Assembly (NCBI GenBank): GCA_000934665.2 | Contig: KZ538142.1 | Span: forward strand, 62,001-117,185 | Direction of reading: 5' to 3' | Origin: Catajapyx aquilonaris | Lineage: Eukaryota | DNA: 55,185 nucleotides | Part shown: positions 37,699 to 51,234 of the stretch, in pieces | Numbering within the stretch: position 1 is the stretch's first letter | How the letters are laid out: every line of letters starts with the position of its first letter | Position numbers and translations under genes: made by a program | The notes under the pieces: model-generated | Databases searched by the model: none | The model's input: the letters and a program-made list of their open reading frames with translations, nothing else | Told to the model about the DNA's origin: nothing

Positions 37699-38270
37699 AA
37701 TTTCCTGCCTCTTTGCCCTACCATCACAACCTTTCCCTCCTTCCATCCCCCCGCAAGGCAAACCTCAAGGAAAAGCCAGGGCTCGAGGCAGGAACCATGA
37801 AGACCTCCTGCTGGCGGTGTCTCCTTCCGGCATTTACACCTCGTTCGGGTGCCTGCTTAGAATCTTTTTCCTTCTCCTCCAAGCAAGCAGGAATCAATAC
37901 GGCGGCATGAATAGCCCAGTTTCTGATGCACTCACCCGTCTCATATTATTCCTCAAACGATGCTTGGAAGCCACTGCAAGGAGTATACACAAACTGTGTG
38001 TATCGGCTTCAAACAACTGAATCATACCAGGTCCATTTAATTTAAAATTGCGATTAAAATTTTAACATTCGTCCCGTGGCCCATTTGACTTCCCCCCCTC
38101 AACCAATAAGTCTACATCAGTGTGAATGACGTCTAGGTTCCTTCTCTCGTGTGCTATACCTTCTCTCCCCCCATTTCAATCCCCGCTGCTCATTGGATCA
38201 TTAAGATATTTCCGGCGGCAGTTGGAAGTAAGGTGGGTGGGTGGGTGGGTGGGCACAGTGAGAGAGAGAG

Positions 38271-38414
38271 NNNNNNNNNNNNNNNNNNNNNNNNNNNNNN
38301 NNNNNNNNNNNNNNNNNNNNNNNNNNNNNNNNNNNNNNNNNNNNNNNNNNNNNNNNNNNNNNNNNNNNNNNNNNNNNNNNNNNNNNNNNNNNNNNNNNNN
38401 NNNNNNNNNNNNNN
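38271..38414. other. Assembly gap flanked by (GA)n and poly-G
   Basis: Run of Ns. Confidence 1.
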
Positions 38415-41400
38415 GGGGGGGGGGACTGCCAGGAAAGGCTTGCACAGCACAGGTGATGCCTACAAATCAAACGTGATGTCACTGATGTTTACCAACCGGG
38501 CTTCCAAACCACACTCCTAATGGGATTACATCTCTTCCGCTCCCAAAGATTGCCACACAAAACCTACTACCCAGAGGGATGGTCTGATCAAGTTCATCCC
38601 ATCACGTTTCGTCATGAAGCACCCTGTACATCGAACACACACACAGAGAGAGACAAACCGGACCAGAGAGCGGGCCATATAATTCGGCCATCAATATGTG
38701 TGGGGAATGGGGGCGACAACACTGCCCAATTTTCGATCACGAGGCTTTAGTTTGTTACTAATCCAATGCTGGATGTGGGTTCCGCATAGTAAGGGGGTTG
38801 GGGGAACAATTCATGGAGTAATTGCTGCCATCGGCCGCGTTTTGTCCAGTGCTGATGATGGTCGCAAAGCGGACACGGAAATGCCACTGGTCTCTGGTCC
38901 AGATCTAATCCAGTGTGAAAGTACCTCAATACGAACAAAATACCCGAACCTATACATCCTAACCATATCCTAACCTAAAGTTTATCATTGAAAATAATGA
39001 CGATGCAAGGCGTCAACCTGCTTTTTTGACGAAAAAAAAGTGTATGATCTGCATACACTATGCAGAGTGTCGTTATTGAAAATGCGAGCCCGCTACATAA
39101 TGAATACGTGGACATAACGCAAGAGAATCGACCATATGAAAACTCATTTAAATCGCATTATTCACCGCATTATTACTTATTAGCCTCGAAAAGCGATAGG
39201 AAATCATGTGTGCATTAATCGATTAGGACCTGCAGAGGCGTGGCTCATAATTATTATAATCAGGTTTTCAATACCGTTCGAAAGAGAGTGCTCCAAACTC
39301 ATTCTGTGTAATTAGTGTATAACGCGTAGCAGTTTCGGGGGGGCCTGGTGCAGCACTGCATGTAGTATCTCAATTTCAAACCATAAACATTATTACTGGT
39401 ACCTAACATTGTTTCCCCCACAATTTCTGACAACGACTTTCGGCTGATCACAAGTCGATGGATTTTGCTTCCTGTGGTGTAAGATGATACCCAAACCTCT
39501 TGTTTTACTGCTGTACACGGGCAGAAAATGTTAATTGCGTAAAAAATGCAAATGAGGCGTAAACCATTTTGGCGTCGAATGTGTAATTACAGGCTGGAAG
39601 TATCGCAATATTCCGACAGTAATAAATCAATCGGTTCAATCTTTTTAGTGGAACTAAAAATATATTTACACGCTGATCGCAGTTGTAAAATTCCGCTTGC
39701 CGACAATATCATCGGGGGGTATACTCCCCCACACCAACCATCCNCCAACCATCCCTTCCCCCCCACTGCTTATTAGCCCTGGTCGATAGCACTTCCCAAT
39801 CACCCCATTTCGATAGGCTACACCCACTAATTCGTGGCTGTTAAAACATGTGCAAAACTCTTATTTCATGCAACATTCCGCAGGTTATTGCTCGCTTATC
39901 TATAAATCTGGACACCATTGCCGTTTGCTAGGCAAATGGTGGAAATTTGGCAACATCGCTTCTGCTCGCATTTGGCTAACACATTTTTGAGCAAATTTTT
40001 TATATTCCTGTGGCCCTTCAAAAAAACCGCTTTGGTCAAACAAATTTGCTCGGTAACACTCTAGCACTTATTTACCTAGTAGCACAACATGTAGCTGCTA
40101 TTTGCCTAGTCGCATTTTGAGTAGCAGTGATTTACTACAGCTTTAATTAGCTTAGTAGTTCCTTATAATAGAGCAGTAAGTAGCTCTATAAAGTACAGTT
40201 ATTAGTACAGTGAGCTAGAGCAGAGCTGTTATTTACTAATAATACTTCCGTACACTTTATTTTACGCGAAGGTTTTAATCCTAGCACAATAGGGACCTAT
40301 AAGTTAGGTTTCATCATGCCTTCAAATAATATTTCGTTACAGACGCACGCCACTCACTTGCAACGAAGTACTTGCCAACGTTCCGGTAGTTTTATGCCCT
40401 GTTTTTATTCCACTGCACTGCTGGTGAAGCCACCTAGAGTGATGCACATAGAAATGTGGTTGTGCTTGCTGGGGGGGATGGTTGGTGGGGGAGCTTTCAT
40501 TTTGTTGTTGTTGATCAGTGCATCCGGTCCAGAGAGGTTGCGGCCCGTGCTGCAACCGCACTCCTGATCAACAACCAACAACAAAGCCGCAATCTCCAAA
40601 TGCCAGGCATCGACAGCTGGACCATGCTCAACACGCTGCACATTACACAGCTGCTAATGTGTTATCGAAGCGAAACCTAACCTAACATATCCTAGCCCGA
40701 CCTAACTTCATTTTCTTCCAACATTAAGCCCACTCATTGATCGCAATTTCCATTTCAACTGGCTCTCATTACTCCAATTCGTCTCGTCTTCAGCCACATA
40801 AACTGGACATTGCTTTAATTTCTTTTTCTTCCCTCCTAACACCCCCCACCCTTCTGTAAGTGGACGTGCGAATCCCTGACGAAGCATGAATAAATCAGCA
40901 GTGCCTTCAGGTAGTGGCACTTTAATCCGTGCAACAGCGCTTAATAGTCGGCAAAGACAAACGGCGAGGAGAATGGGTGGCTTTGCAGCAACAACTGGAA
41001 ACGGAAGGTCTTCGTGACATTAAGTCGGACCGATGCAAAATCAATACAAATGACTCTCGTGCTGAGCTTGCCCCCACCCCCAACCTACCCTCCATCCACC
41101 CCCACCCCCTTTCAAAAAAAACAAACTCTAATCCTACCCCCCCTTGGAATCAATAGGAACCTGCCGTTCTTAATAAACTACAAAAAATTGGCGCTATTTC
41201 TCAATGCAGCATGTAAGGTGTCCTTCTCTGCTTCGTCGGCACAAGAGAAAAAAAAATCCCTTGCCTTTTGCCAAAAGTAAACTCACGTTTTCGGTCTTGT
41301 CTATTTTATAAAAAGACAGCTCAATAAGGAACAGTGGGACTTCGAACCCGTCCCAAAAGGAAAAATTTCTTTCGACAAGATTGCCGCGATATTTCTCTCT

Positions 41401-43691
41401 AGCTCTATCTTTCCTTGCCTATACTTTTTTTTGTGTTGTTCTCTCTGAGCGATGTAAACCATTCGGATTGCCTGAAAAATCCGGTTCTTTTTGTATCCGG
41501 CTGCATAATTTATTTTTGTGTTTCTTTTTCCACGGTCACCACTTTTGGATGCCGGTGTATATACCTGGAGGCACGCTATAAAATCAATTTCTATTGCTCC
41601 AGGTTTGTCGGGAAATGTCCTTGCCATTTGCGATTTTTTTTAAGCTCTCTATTCTCTTTTTTTTAGCTCTTCTTCGGCTTCTTCCCCATCTGTGTATTTG
41701 CTTTTCCTTTTTGGGCCCAATCCCCACATGAATGAAGCTTGAGGGGGGTTCAGCCTAGGATATTTTAGTCTCTCGCAGGACTATTTTCAGGCAAATGCCT
41801 CCAGGCAGCCTCCAAAATTGAGTACCTCCTTAGGCCAACAACAAGGTCAATTATGCATGGAGGCATATAGGTAACAAACTTGTATTGTTTATTTCCATTT
41901 CATTTATTTTCAAAAGCTTGTATGCATTTCTACGAGATATATTTATCGTTTGCTGTACTACAGATTGATCCTATTGGAGTGACTTATATTTTAATATCTT
42001 CCATAATCTCAGTCAATATTTTACTAGTTTGGTGTCGTATATTTTTGAACTGTAACATTTCATTATATTTTGTTTATTATTATTTTGCCTTGTATTTTGC
42101 GCTGTGTAACTCTTTACAGGTACCTTTTTATTTGATCACTTTAATATATAAAATATTTTAAGAGTTTATCATAATTCTTGTGCTTATTTATTATTATGAT
42201 TATTGTAATAATTCCTGACAATAATTCGTTTAATAATTTATTTTAATTCTTTCAATGGCTTATAAGAGTTTAGTTCAGTTTATTATAGGAAGAAGCCAAA
42301 GCAACTCTATATGGTATCTGGCTATAAGAAGATATGCAAAGGTGGGACAGATGGAGAGAGAAACAAAAATAGAAAAAAGAAGAGAGGAAATACTGGTATC
42401 TCTCTTAATACTTCATTTAATAATAATTTATAATAATTTGAAGGTTTTTGTTTTATCTTTATTAATACGTATATACTATAGGCCATCGCAGGTACATATT
42501 ATTTCTTTTCGGCAAGTTAAACATGCCTGACAAGAGAAAGCTGGGCCAGTGCTGCTGATGTGTAGCCACTGTAATTTTGCGAAACCTCACTGATGCATAT
42601 GTATGAAAGTGGTTTGCAGAAAAAATGTGTCTCGCCATGAAAACCTCCGTGCATTACCTTATTCTATCACCAAAGGTACAGTACACACTCGGTTGACCTC
42701 AGAGACAAACGGAGGATAACCTTTTCCCCCTCTAAATTGATTGACTTGGCAACAAAAAAAGGTCTGGCAGAGATTTGCATAAAATTGTAGCCTTTTTTGC
42801 ACCTTTTTTCGGAGGGGGAGGGTTGGACTGGCGAAATAAGCCCGCGGAGAAATGAAATCGCATGCTGGCAGTAAACCTCGCTAAAATTCCTGCTGCTGGA
42901 GGGTTGGGAGGAATTAAAATCAATCTAGTTCCAATGTAGTAGTAGTGTGTCCATTTCAGCAGGCGGCAGATAAAAGCACGCAATCAGCCAAGTTGGCAGA
43001 ATTGCAACCATAATTGCTCGCCTCAAGTACGCCAAGCATGTTCTCAAACCCCGTTAATCACGCAATTAGCAAAAGCACAAAAAAATGAGAGAGGGAGAGA
43101 GCACTGAGCAAAATCAATGGATGGGAAATATATAGTCATGAGCTCAATATATTATTGCATCCCATTCTCGCAGGTGATATTTGGCGAATTTCTTTGCAAA
43201 GTGTATATCCTACTGTATCACTGATAACATTTTAGCAAAATCATGCATAATGTCACAGCTGTTTAAATTCAACTGTGCACGGTGCTCATAAAAATTACGA
43301 CGCGTGTTTTGACCTTCATTGACAGACTGTATAATTAGCAATTTTCATACTAAACAATGGGGGTATTCCAAGAGGTTGTCTAATTATTAAACGTGCTGTT
43401 TAAAAGTCGTGTTACGTCATTTAAATTCGCATTTAATAGTCTGATTCACGTGCAGTGTTAAGCATTTCTCTTCTCTGAATTCCACGTTGTCGTTTTTTAA
43501 ACTTGCGAAATTCCAGTGCGAGATGTAATTGGCACTCTGTCGGATTACATCAAAATTCAATTTGTTATTATCAGTGCGGGTTTTGCGGGCAGAAGCCACA
43601 TTTAATCGCAAGGATTTACGCTGACCGGGATTTACTCTACATGGCACAAAACCTCGCTTTCCAAGCATGTGAAATGTTGGGGGCTCGTTCA

Positions 43692-44200
43692 CACAGCACG
43701 GAAAAACCGAACCGGTTCTGGAACCGGTCCGGTTTCATCAGTACCCTATCAAAATCGGGAAAGAAGTCGTGCCTAATCACCAACCGCGTCTCGACCGCGT
43801 CTAATCTAACCGCACCCAATGTATATATAAAGCATATCCAGTACACCACAAGATCGACCGCAATCCGGAAACATTCGAGACGGCCTTCCAACCGCAGTTC
43901 ACACTGTTTACCAAAGTTAGCAATAGTTTGGCATCAGTGACACGGGGTGCCAGCTGGCAGCGCTGCTATCGCCAGGTCGTCTCAAACGCGTCTAGTTGAA
44001 TGGAAAACGCGGTCAGGAGCGCGTCAAACTTAAACGCGTCTCGAATGTCCTCCTATATAGTGAATCTCACACTATTGTCCTCAGTCGCTTGTAAACGAGC
44101 AGCCTCTTGGCACTGATGCGTCTAGGTCGCGATTGCAACACGTCTCAGTCGCGTCTCGAACGCGTCCGAACCGCTTTCCGACCGCGTTTTTCTCACAGTG
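43692..44200. mobile_element. Possible non-autonomous CACTA/EnSpm-like element with many CGCGTC subrepeats
   Basis: Right end TTTTTCTCACAGTG, weaker left end CACAGCACGGAAAAA; roughly ten cgcgtc(t)/cgtctc motifs, mostly in one orientation. Confidence 0.4.
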
Positions 44201-44264
44201 GACACGTGCGCAATCGGACCGGGTTTTGATTGTGCTTATCGGTCGCATCTTCCCACAAAGTGTA

Positions 44265-44426
44265 CAGTGTTGGACATTAATCGAGGCATACTGCTGGCGA
44301 CATTTTCCGAAGCGGCAGAAGAAGGAATCCAAGATAAGGATACTGCAAGCCGGGCGAGCAAGATTCCTTCTTCTGCCGCTTCGGAAAATGTCGCTAGCAG
44401 TATGCCTCGATTAATGTTCAACACTG
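44265..44426. mobile_element. Young Tc1/mariner-type hairpin MITE with TA duplication
   Basis: 65-bp arms (44265-44329 / 44362-44426) matching 63/65; TA on both sides; terminus CAGTGTTGGACATTAA. Confidence 0.9.
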
Positions 44427-47400
44427 TACACGATTCGCTCTTTTTCAGTGTCAAATGCCAAAATCGACTTTCGCGCGCCTTGAAGCCCGCCACACTTTGG
44501 GCATATTTAGAATAGTTTCTGGCCCAATTAACAAGGGGGCCGACGTGCTAATAGCGCCTGCTGGATGGAGGTAGAAGGGAAGAGAGGTAGTCTGCAGGGA
44601 GAGAGAGAGAGAGAGAGACGGTTTGAACGTGGAACAAAGAGTTTAGGGCGTGTCAAAGTGGGACACTCAGAGTGTGCTCCGAAGCCGCCATCCAAGTCAT
44701 TCCCTTTTGTGCGGAAGAAGACGAGTGGTTTCGGCCGCTTTCTGAGCGAACAAGTGCAGTCGGCCCAGGCCCCTCTTTTGTTTCACTTCAAAGCCGAAAC
44801 AGCCCCGTACACACAAGGCCGGGGAGATAACATACTGTAAGGATCGATCCCCCCCCCCCCCACCTCCCAAAAAAAGGAAGGAAAGGAGAGGTCTCTCTCT
44901 TCTTCCCTTTTTCTCAGGGAATCCTCCTTCTCCTGACATCACTCTACATTTTTCACTGCCACGGCTGCTTCTTCCTCCGGCTCGAGCTCTCTTCTTCTCC
45001 AGGAGTGCAGACCACGACTCCAGAGCATCAATCAATATTAAGAGCCTGCTACTAGTGTAATTACAGACTTCAGATGGAGCAGTGGGTGGAATGAGGAAAG
45101 GTTTATATGGAAGACTATTAGCAAATCAATGGTTTCTGGTCCGGGGGTCAACAATCCGCAATTGCACATAATAGCACCTGGCACTTTTGGCCAAGGCTGT
45201 CTTCTTAATGTCTGCTAAAAAGCTGAGAGAAATTCAATTCGTCCGAAAACCGGATTTTACAGCTTTTTCGCGTGTCAGCTTGCAATAGACTACAGGTTGA
45301 GTCAAAAAGAAATGGAAAAGCTGGGAGCTGTGGGGTAGTAAAAGGGAGAGTAATTAAATCCAATTGCACGGCTGCCAGGATAGATCCAATCGCAGCTATT
45401 TCTCGCAAAAAAACGGTAGCTAATTTTTAGTTGAGTTTCTCAGGTGGGCCAACCGCCTTTTTTATTCCACGAAAATGAAAAGCCAGCACACAAAACAAGC
45501 CCACCAAAAAAAAACGATACTTTACAACCCACTACCCTTTGCCCCCTTAAAGAAAAAGAAGGTTGGCCTTCTTTCAATAGAGATTCGCACTTTGAAATTC
45601 AGCCCTATCTTGCAATCAAGATCCAAGGCTTCTCTCCTCTTGAAAGAACGCCTGAATGCCGTCCTCTTCATCCCCTTTTTCACGCCCATTAAGCCTACCA
45701 GATGCCGTGCCACTCCTTCTCCTCCTTTTCGATGCGCATTATTAAAGCTCCAGGCAATACGAAGAATTGATATTCGATTACTTTCCACTCAATAACTAAA
45801 GAATGGAAAGGGCAGGGCAAAAGGGAGAGAGAGAGAGACCAAAAGGAGAGAGAGAGAAGAGAGTGGAGGGGGAAAAAAAATGGAAACTTCATAGGCCCAA
45901 AGGGATAAGAACAGAATCTTTTGGGAGCCTCGGGACATTCCAAAGGAGAAGAAGGGGGGCGTCCACTACGACCATACGTCATTTCCGGGAACCCGCCTCC
46001 TTCCCCCTCCCATGATCCGCCAACAATGATCCTTCCCAGCAGCTGCCTTTCTGCACTCTTACAGCTTTTGCCAAGGGGGCCAACCTCCCTATTCCCTTGC
46101 CCCCCTTTTCTGTTTAATCAATGAGCCAAAAGGAAGCTCCAACACTCCCACATTTTTTTCTTCTTCTTTTCTTTTGCTGGCTGGAGCAAAAGAGAAAAGG
46201 TTGGGACACAATCCGCCATTTTTGAACGGCTTTTTTTTGTCTGTATTTTTCAGCTTCGGGCGATCGTTGAGGCGATTGTTGCGACATACACGCATTTAAT
46301 TTTTGGTGATGCAGCAAGCCCTTGGGCCGATTGTACAGTAGGCCTACCAACAAAAATTATATTGCGAAATTAAGAAGAAGAAGAAATCCCACTGCCGATG
46401 CCGTACACAATGTCCAATTATACAGCACACTGTGAGTATCACCAATTTTCCTTCATGTAAGTAGGCTTACACACGAAGGCAAAAATTCACTTAACAGCTG
46501 GAGCAGGAATAATATTGGTTACAATAATTCCAACATTTTGTTGCGCCAACAATAATTTTTCCTCCCTTCCAATACATGGGCCACGTAATGTTTTGTTACA
46601 AGGACTAAAAACACACCCGCATTGTTGTGGGAAGCCAACCTTTTTTTGTCGTTGTTGTCCAGCCCTTCAAATCATTGTGAGGCAAACAAAAGGGCCGTTT
46701 GTTTTCTAAAAGTTTGTACCTGCAGCGACACCGTGTCACACCGCATGTAACAGCTTAAATTACATGTGCCAATGGGCAAACACTCATTGTAAAGTGGGCA
46801 GTCACAACAATGTAAAATTCGTAACTGTTTGACTTCATTGTCAAAAAAATGTACGATGGAAAGGTCGTATGTTCTGATTACAGTAAATATTGATATTTTT
46901 ACGTTATAGTAATTGGGTGTATAGGCCTATACATTTGCGATTGCCTTTTTTGCCATATATTTCTTCGTGTGCATCACAAGCTCCAGGCATGTTCTCCTTA
47001 CTACACAGGTCACATAAAAAACGCAAGCAGACGCATGTGATCTATCAATCAAGATAAAAATCCGCCCTTTTTATGCGACCTGAAAGCGCTTTCTTTGAGG
47101 AGTCCTCCCTCTCCCCTCCTCCCCACTCCCCCTCCGTCAATATTTCCAGTCAATACTCTCGATCAATTTGCTCGGCATAAGCAGCAAAGGAAGTTGCCGC
47201 GTGGCCATAGAGTCACGCAAAAGGACACCACAATACTGGCCTACTGCACAGCAGTGAGCCGTGAGAAGTACAACGCGCAGCTATACCAACAATAGCGTCC
47301 ATAATGCTCGCAAAGTCATGCAGTGCGATGCACCGTGCCTGGCAGGGCCTGATGATGCACAGTACTGGTGCGGTCACTCCAGAGCAATACAAATGAGTGT

Positions 47401-49052
47401 GTCACAGCCAGTTGAAAGGAAAACTATTAGTACTGTGGAGGTGTGTAATCGGCGTTCTTTTTCAGCTTCTTCACCATTGGATGGGTGACCCCCGAGCAGA
47501 ACTACTAAGAAAGTTCGATCCGGACTCAAGAAGAAGGAAAAAAGAGAGGGTGGAATGAAGGAAAGTATTGGGCCGACTAAAAGTCCTAAGCCGCTTTGGG
47601 CTTGACTCTTTCGGAATTCCGGAGGAGCCGCCGACTTGGCCGTTAAGCTTTCCAATTAATGTCCCACCTGGAAGTGTGACTGCCGGGGCCAGAGTTCGGA
47701 CAGCACAGATGGGAATGAGACTATAATGCTACGACAGCTGGGGAAACCCGTTGGTTCAATTCCTCACCGCGACTTCATTCATTTCTTTCTTTTTTTGTTG
47801 CAAAAAAATAGGCAAGCCCGGATTTCACCTCTTGTTTGGCGCTAGTCCAACACTAGATGGATCCAGAAGCCAGCAACTGGCAGAGGAAAAAAAACCAGGT
47901 TTCGGCCAGTTCAAACTCTGAAAAAAATATATAAAATTTTTTAAGGATTCAAAAACTCGGCACAATAGAAGCAATTGTCAAGCGGACCAAGTTCGTTTCT
48001 TTATTTTTTTCTCTTCTCTGCAAGTCCTTGGGTGTTGGGAGGCTGTCTCCTCCCCGCCAATTCTCTCTCAATATAAGGATTCGCGCATTCTACTCGAGCG
48101 AAAATTGAAGCGGAAGAAATTCCCAAAAAGTTTTGGAAGCAGTCCATTCGTGCTTAGAACACCATGGGAAAATTATCATTCTCTGGCTCCCTACTCGGGG
48201 TTTTACGACGTTTTCAGGGTGCAGCCTTCCTCATGTACAGATGTGTATATGCAGGCTCTGAACTTGCAAAAAACAGTCCAAAATTCTCTGAAACCATTGT
48301 GGTTTAGAGCTCCATGTTAGAAACAGCTTAATTTCTTTGTTGGGCTTCCAGAAATTGCTTCACGTTTCGGAATCACCCTGTACTTGTGTCAGCCTCAAAC
48401 TACGGAGAAATCCGGGGAAGGGTTGGGTTGAGCTCCGGCATCCAGAAGTATGGGATATTGCTTTTGTGCAGACTTGGGGTGTTCCGATGGAGCGCTCAAT
48501 ACTTTTTCCTCCAGCCCCAAAAAGTTGTCATGTCGAACCAAGAAACTTCAAGGACAGAAAGTTTCGTATAAAAATGGTCATAATTACTACGTTTGGTATA
48601 TGCTAATTATGCGGTTCAAGTGGCCACCTATTTCTTTTTCTTCAGATTATACGAAAACTTTGTCACACTTCGAGGCGGGTTATCATCACAAATAAGCGAA
48701 ACTCCGCACGTTGCATTAAGTAATTCCCGTGGAAGTAACGCTGCTCAAATCCAGCGAGAGGCAACACCTGAGTGGTCCAGATTGTTAATGCCTTTGGAAA
48801 GTGACAGGAAGGCCTCCTCAGAGAGAGGGGGGGGGGGCATAGGAGAGGCTCATTCGCCCCTGGGCTAATTCCTATGGAAAGCAGGGAACGAGGTGCAAAC
48901 AAGTTTTCAGATCTCTGCAGCCTCTTCGATCCACATTGTCTGGATCCATCTCCCACTCTCGCAATTGAAACATGACACTCATGTTAATGAACACACGGGT
49001 TGGAAGCCTAGCTAGTTCCAATTTGATTTCAGCTGAATAACTCGCCCCAACC

Positions 49053-49055
<3 letters not shown>

Positions 49056-49112
<57 letters not shown>
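49056..49112. repeat. (CT)n microsatellite
   Basis: About 28 units. Confidence 0.95.
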
Positions 49113-49114
<2 letters not shown>

Positions 49115-49360
49115 CTTATACAACTCGTACTTTCGAGCTCTTTCTATATATACACCTGCTCCTGATCCTAATGAGTTTCGACCTGTGAAGAACCAGATTG
49201 TGGGAAGAAACTTTCGCTTTTCAAATCGAGCTCAATGCAGAAAACCATAACAGCACAATTTCGAACAGTTAAGTCCTCTCTCGGCACAGTGTGTGTGACT
49301 GAAAATTTCGTCAGTTCAACTCGTTACAGTATTAATTATGACATCCTGCTTAAAGACAAC

Positions 49361-49365
<5 letters not shown>

Positions 49366-49404
<39 letters not shown>
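49366..49404. repeat. (GA)n microsatellite
   Basis: About 19 units. Confidence 0.95.
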
Positions 49405-49406
<2 letters not shown>

Positions 49407-50614
49407 GTACAGTGCAAGGCATATTATATAGAGGCGCAAACTTTGTACTAAAGCTCGCACTCCAGTTGGCAAACAAAGGAAACTGCTCATGATGGTGTAC
49501 ACCTGTATACGTATGCGAGCCCTATGAATAAAGCAGGCAGAATTTGTTTCAAAGGAAGAGCCGCTTTTCATTGATATCCTTTCGTTGTTTCAAACAGTGT
49601 GTTCAATTACGCCGTACTCGTAAACCGATCTAATAATAATTTATGAAGTTTCAACACTCACCGATATTCGATTCATTTCATTAGACATGGCTTCGAACTG
49701 TAACGGTTCAATTATTTTGCACTTTTAACACCAGAAAGTGTGTCAGGTTGCAACCTTGAAAGTGAACCTGAAAAGTGAATTAAAATTAAGGCCCTTAAAG
49801 ATTTTAGTAAAAAAAATCCATACAAAAAGTGATAGTTTGACACGTGCTATTTCCAGGGCTAAAGATGTTAAAAAGTAATACTTATGATCAATTCCTCTCT
49901 GGCTCCCATAAATGTTTCCAAGGTCCAATTCCCAATTTATCCCCCCCACCTCCTCCCACAAACTCTCTCTCTCCCAACAGTTCCTATAAATCCAACAGTA
50001 ATGACTACGAGCCTCCTCCACCCCCTCCTAAAACCAACCTTTCTCCACTCCCCAGCCCTCTCCCCAGACTTCATTATTTCACCCGACTTGATTGGTTACT
50101 ACATGCAGCCGATACAGCTTATCAGTGTTGGTGCCGCCTCTATAAAGGCAGCCTCTAAAACCTCAACCAGAATTCCACCCACCACTCCCCCCTTGTATAA
50201 AATCCCCCGTCGTAAAATTTACTTGGTCTCAACCCTCCTTTTGATCGATGCCTTTTCCTCTCTCCCCTTTCCAACTTTTGTAACGATTGTTTGTGACATC
50301 TCATTGTGGAGATGAGCGAACCGAACTTGCAGAAACTTTTGTGTTCGAGCTGGAAAAAAATTTCGCTTCTATGTCAGGTACCGGTAAACTATGAGGAAAA
50401 TGTAAAATTTTGGCTATGCTTTCGTATCGGGAGACCTCCACTTTTACCTACTCTCCTAGGCGTGCACCATCTGCTGAAGGATCCGCGTTGATCCGTTGAA
50501 GGATAGGCATGTATCCGCCGGGAATGAAGGTTAGGTCATGTTGTAGGTTGGTGCAGCGTGCCCCTACCCCTGCCACATTCGGTCTCCCATTACGAAATTC
50601 ATTGCAAAATTCTA

Positions 50615-50639
50615 GCGCCATCTATGTGAGGGATATGGT
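50615..50639 (+). mobile_element. Family X core fragment
   Basis: gcgccatctatgtgagggatatggt. Confidence 0.55.
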
Positions 50640-51157
50640 GGGCAGTCAGTGAGCTGCTGTGTAAGGCAAGGTGCCAACACGAAGAGTCACAAAACAGTGA
50701 TAATTACGTGCCAAGTACAGTGTTGGAAGACGCAACAAAAAAAGGCGATTAAAAGTTGCGATTGTCAGAAAGGAACAATGGAAGGCAGCAGCATCAGGCG
50801 ATGCCCCTGACTCCCCTCTGTCTCTCTAACTCTACTCTGCAAGTATAGCCCCATGAGAAAAAGAGCACTGGGCAAGAGTAACGAGTGGGAACGAGTCGAT
50901 GAACGTGGGATGCTTTTAATAGGACCACATCAGGAAATCGGACAAAAACAGGGGGCCGAATTACGGCAGCCGGAGAAGCCCCACCCACCACCCTCCCTCC
51001 ACCCCTCCACCCACCTCTCTCTTTTTTCAATTACCAGTCAATTGTGCCGCAAATCCAAATTCCACCAAAGGGCTGGAAACAAGGAGGAAAAAGTTGCACG
51101 ATTCCGTCCCCCCCCCNCCCCCCCCCCCACCCCCCATAATTCGATTCAAAAACTGGC

Positions 51158-51234
51158 GCCATTTTGATGACGTAGGAGGTACCAGATGAAGCGAACACCA
51201 CAAGATCGGATCCGCTTCATCTGGTATGACGTCA
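51158..51234. mobile_element. Short hairpin element related to 4313-4457
   Basis: gccattttgatgacgtaggaggtaccagatgaagcg...cgcttcatctggta. Confidence 0.6.

Noticed and set aside
38945..40706. CCTAA-like motifs (38945-38980, 40675-40706) resembling the arthropod TTAGG telomere repeat
   Set aside because: Only 2-4 degenerate units; such motifs are common inside small transposons.
11100..50639. Recurrent conserved repeats read as a CRISPR-like array
   Set aside because: Copies are kilobases apart, in both orientations, in eukaryotic DNA with no cas-like ORFs.
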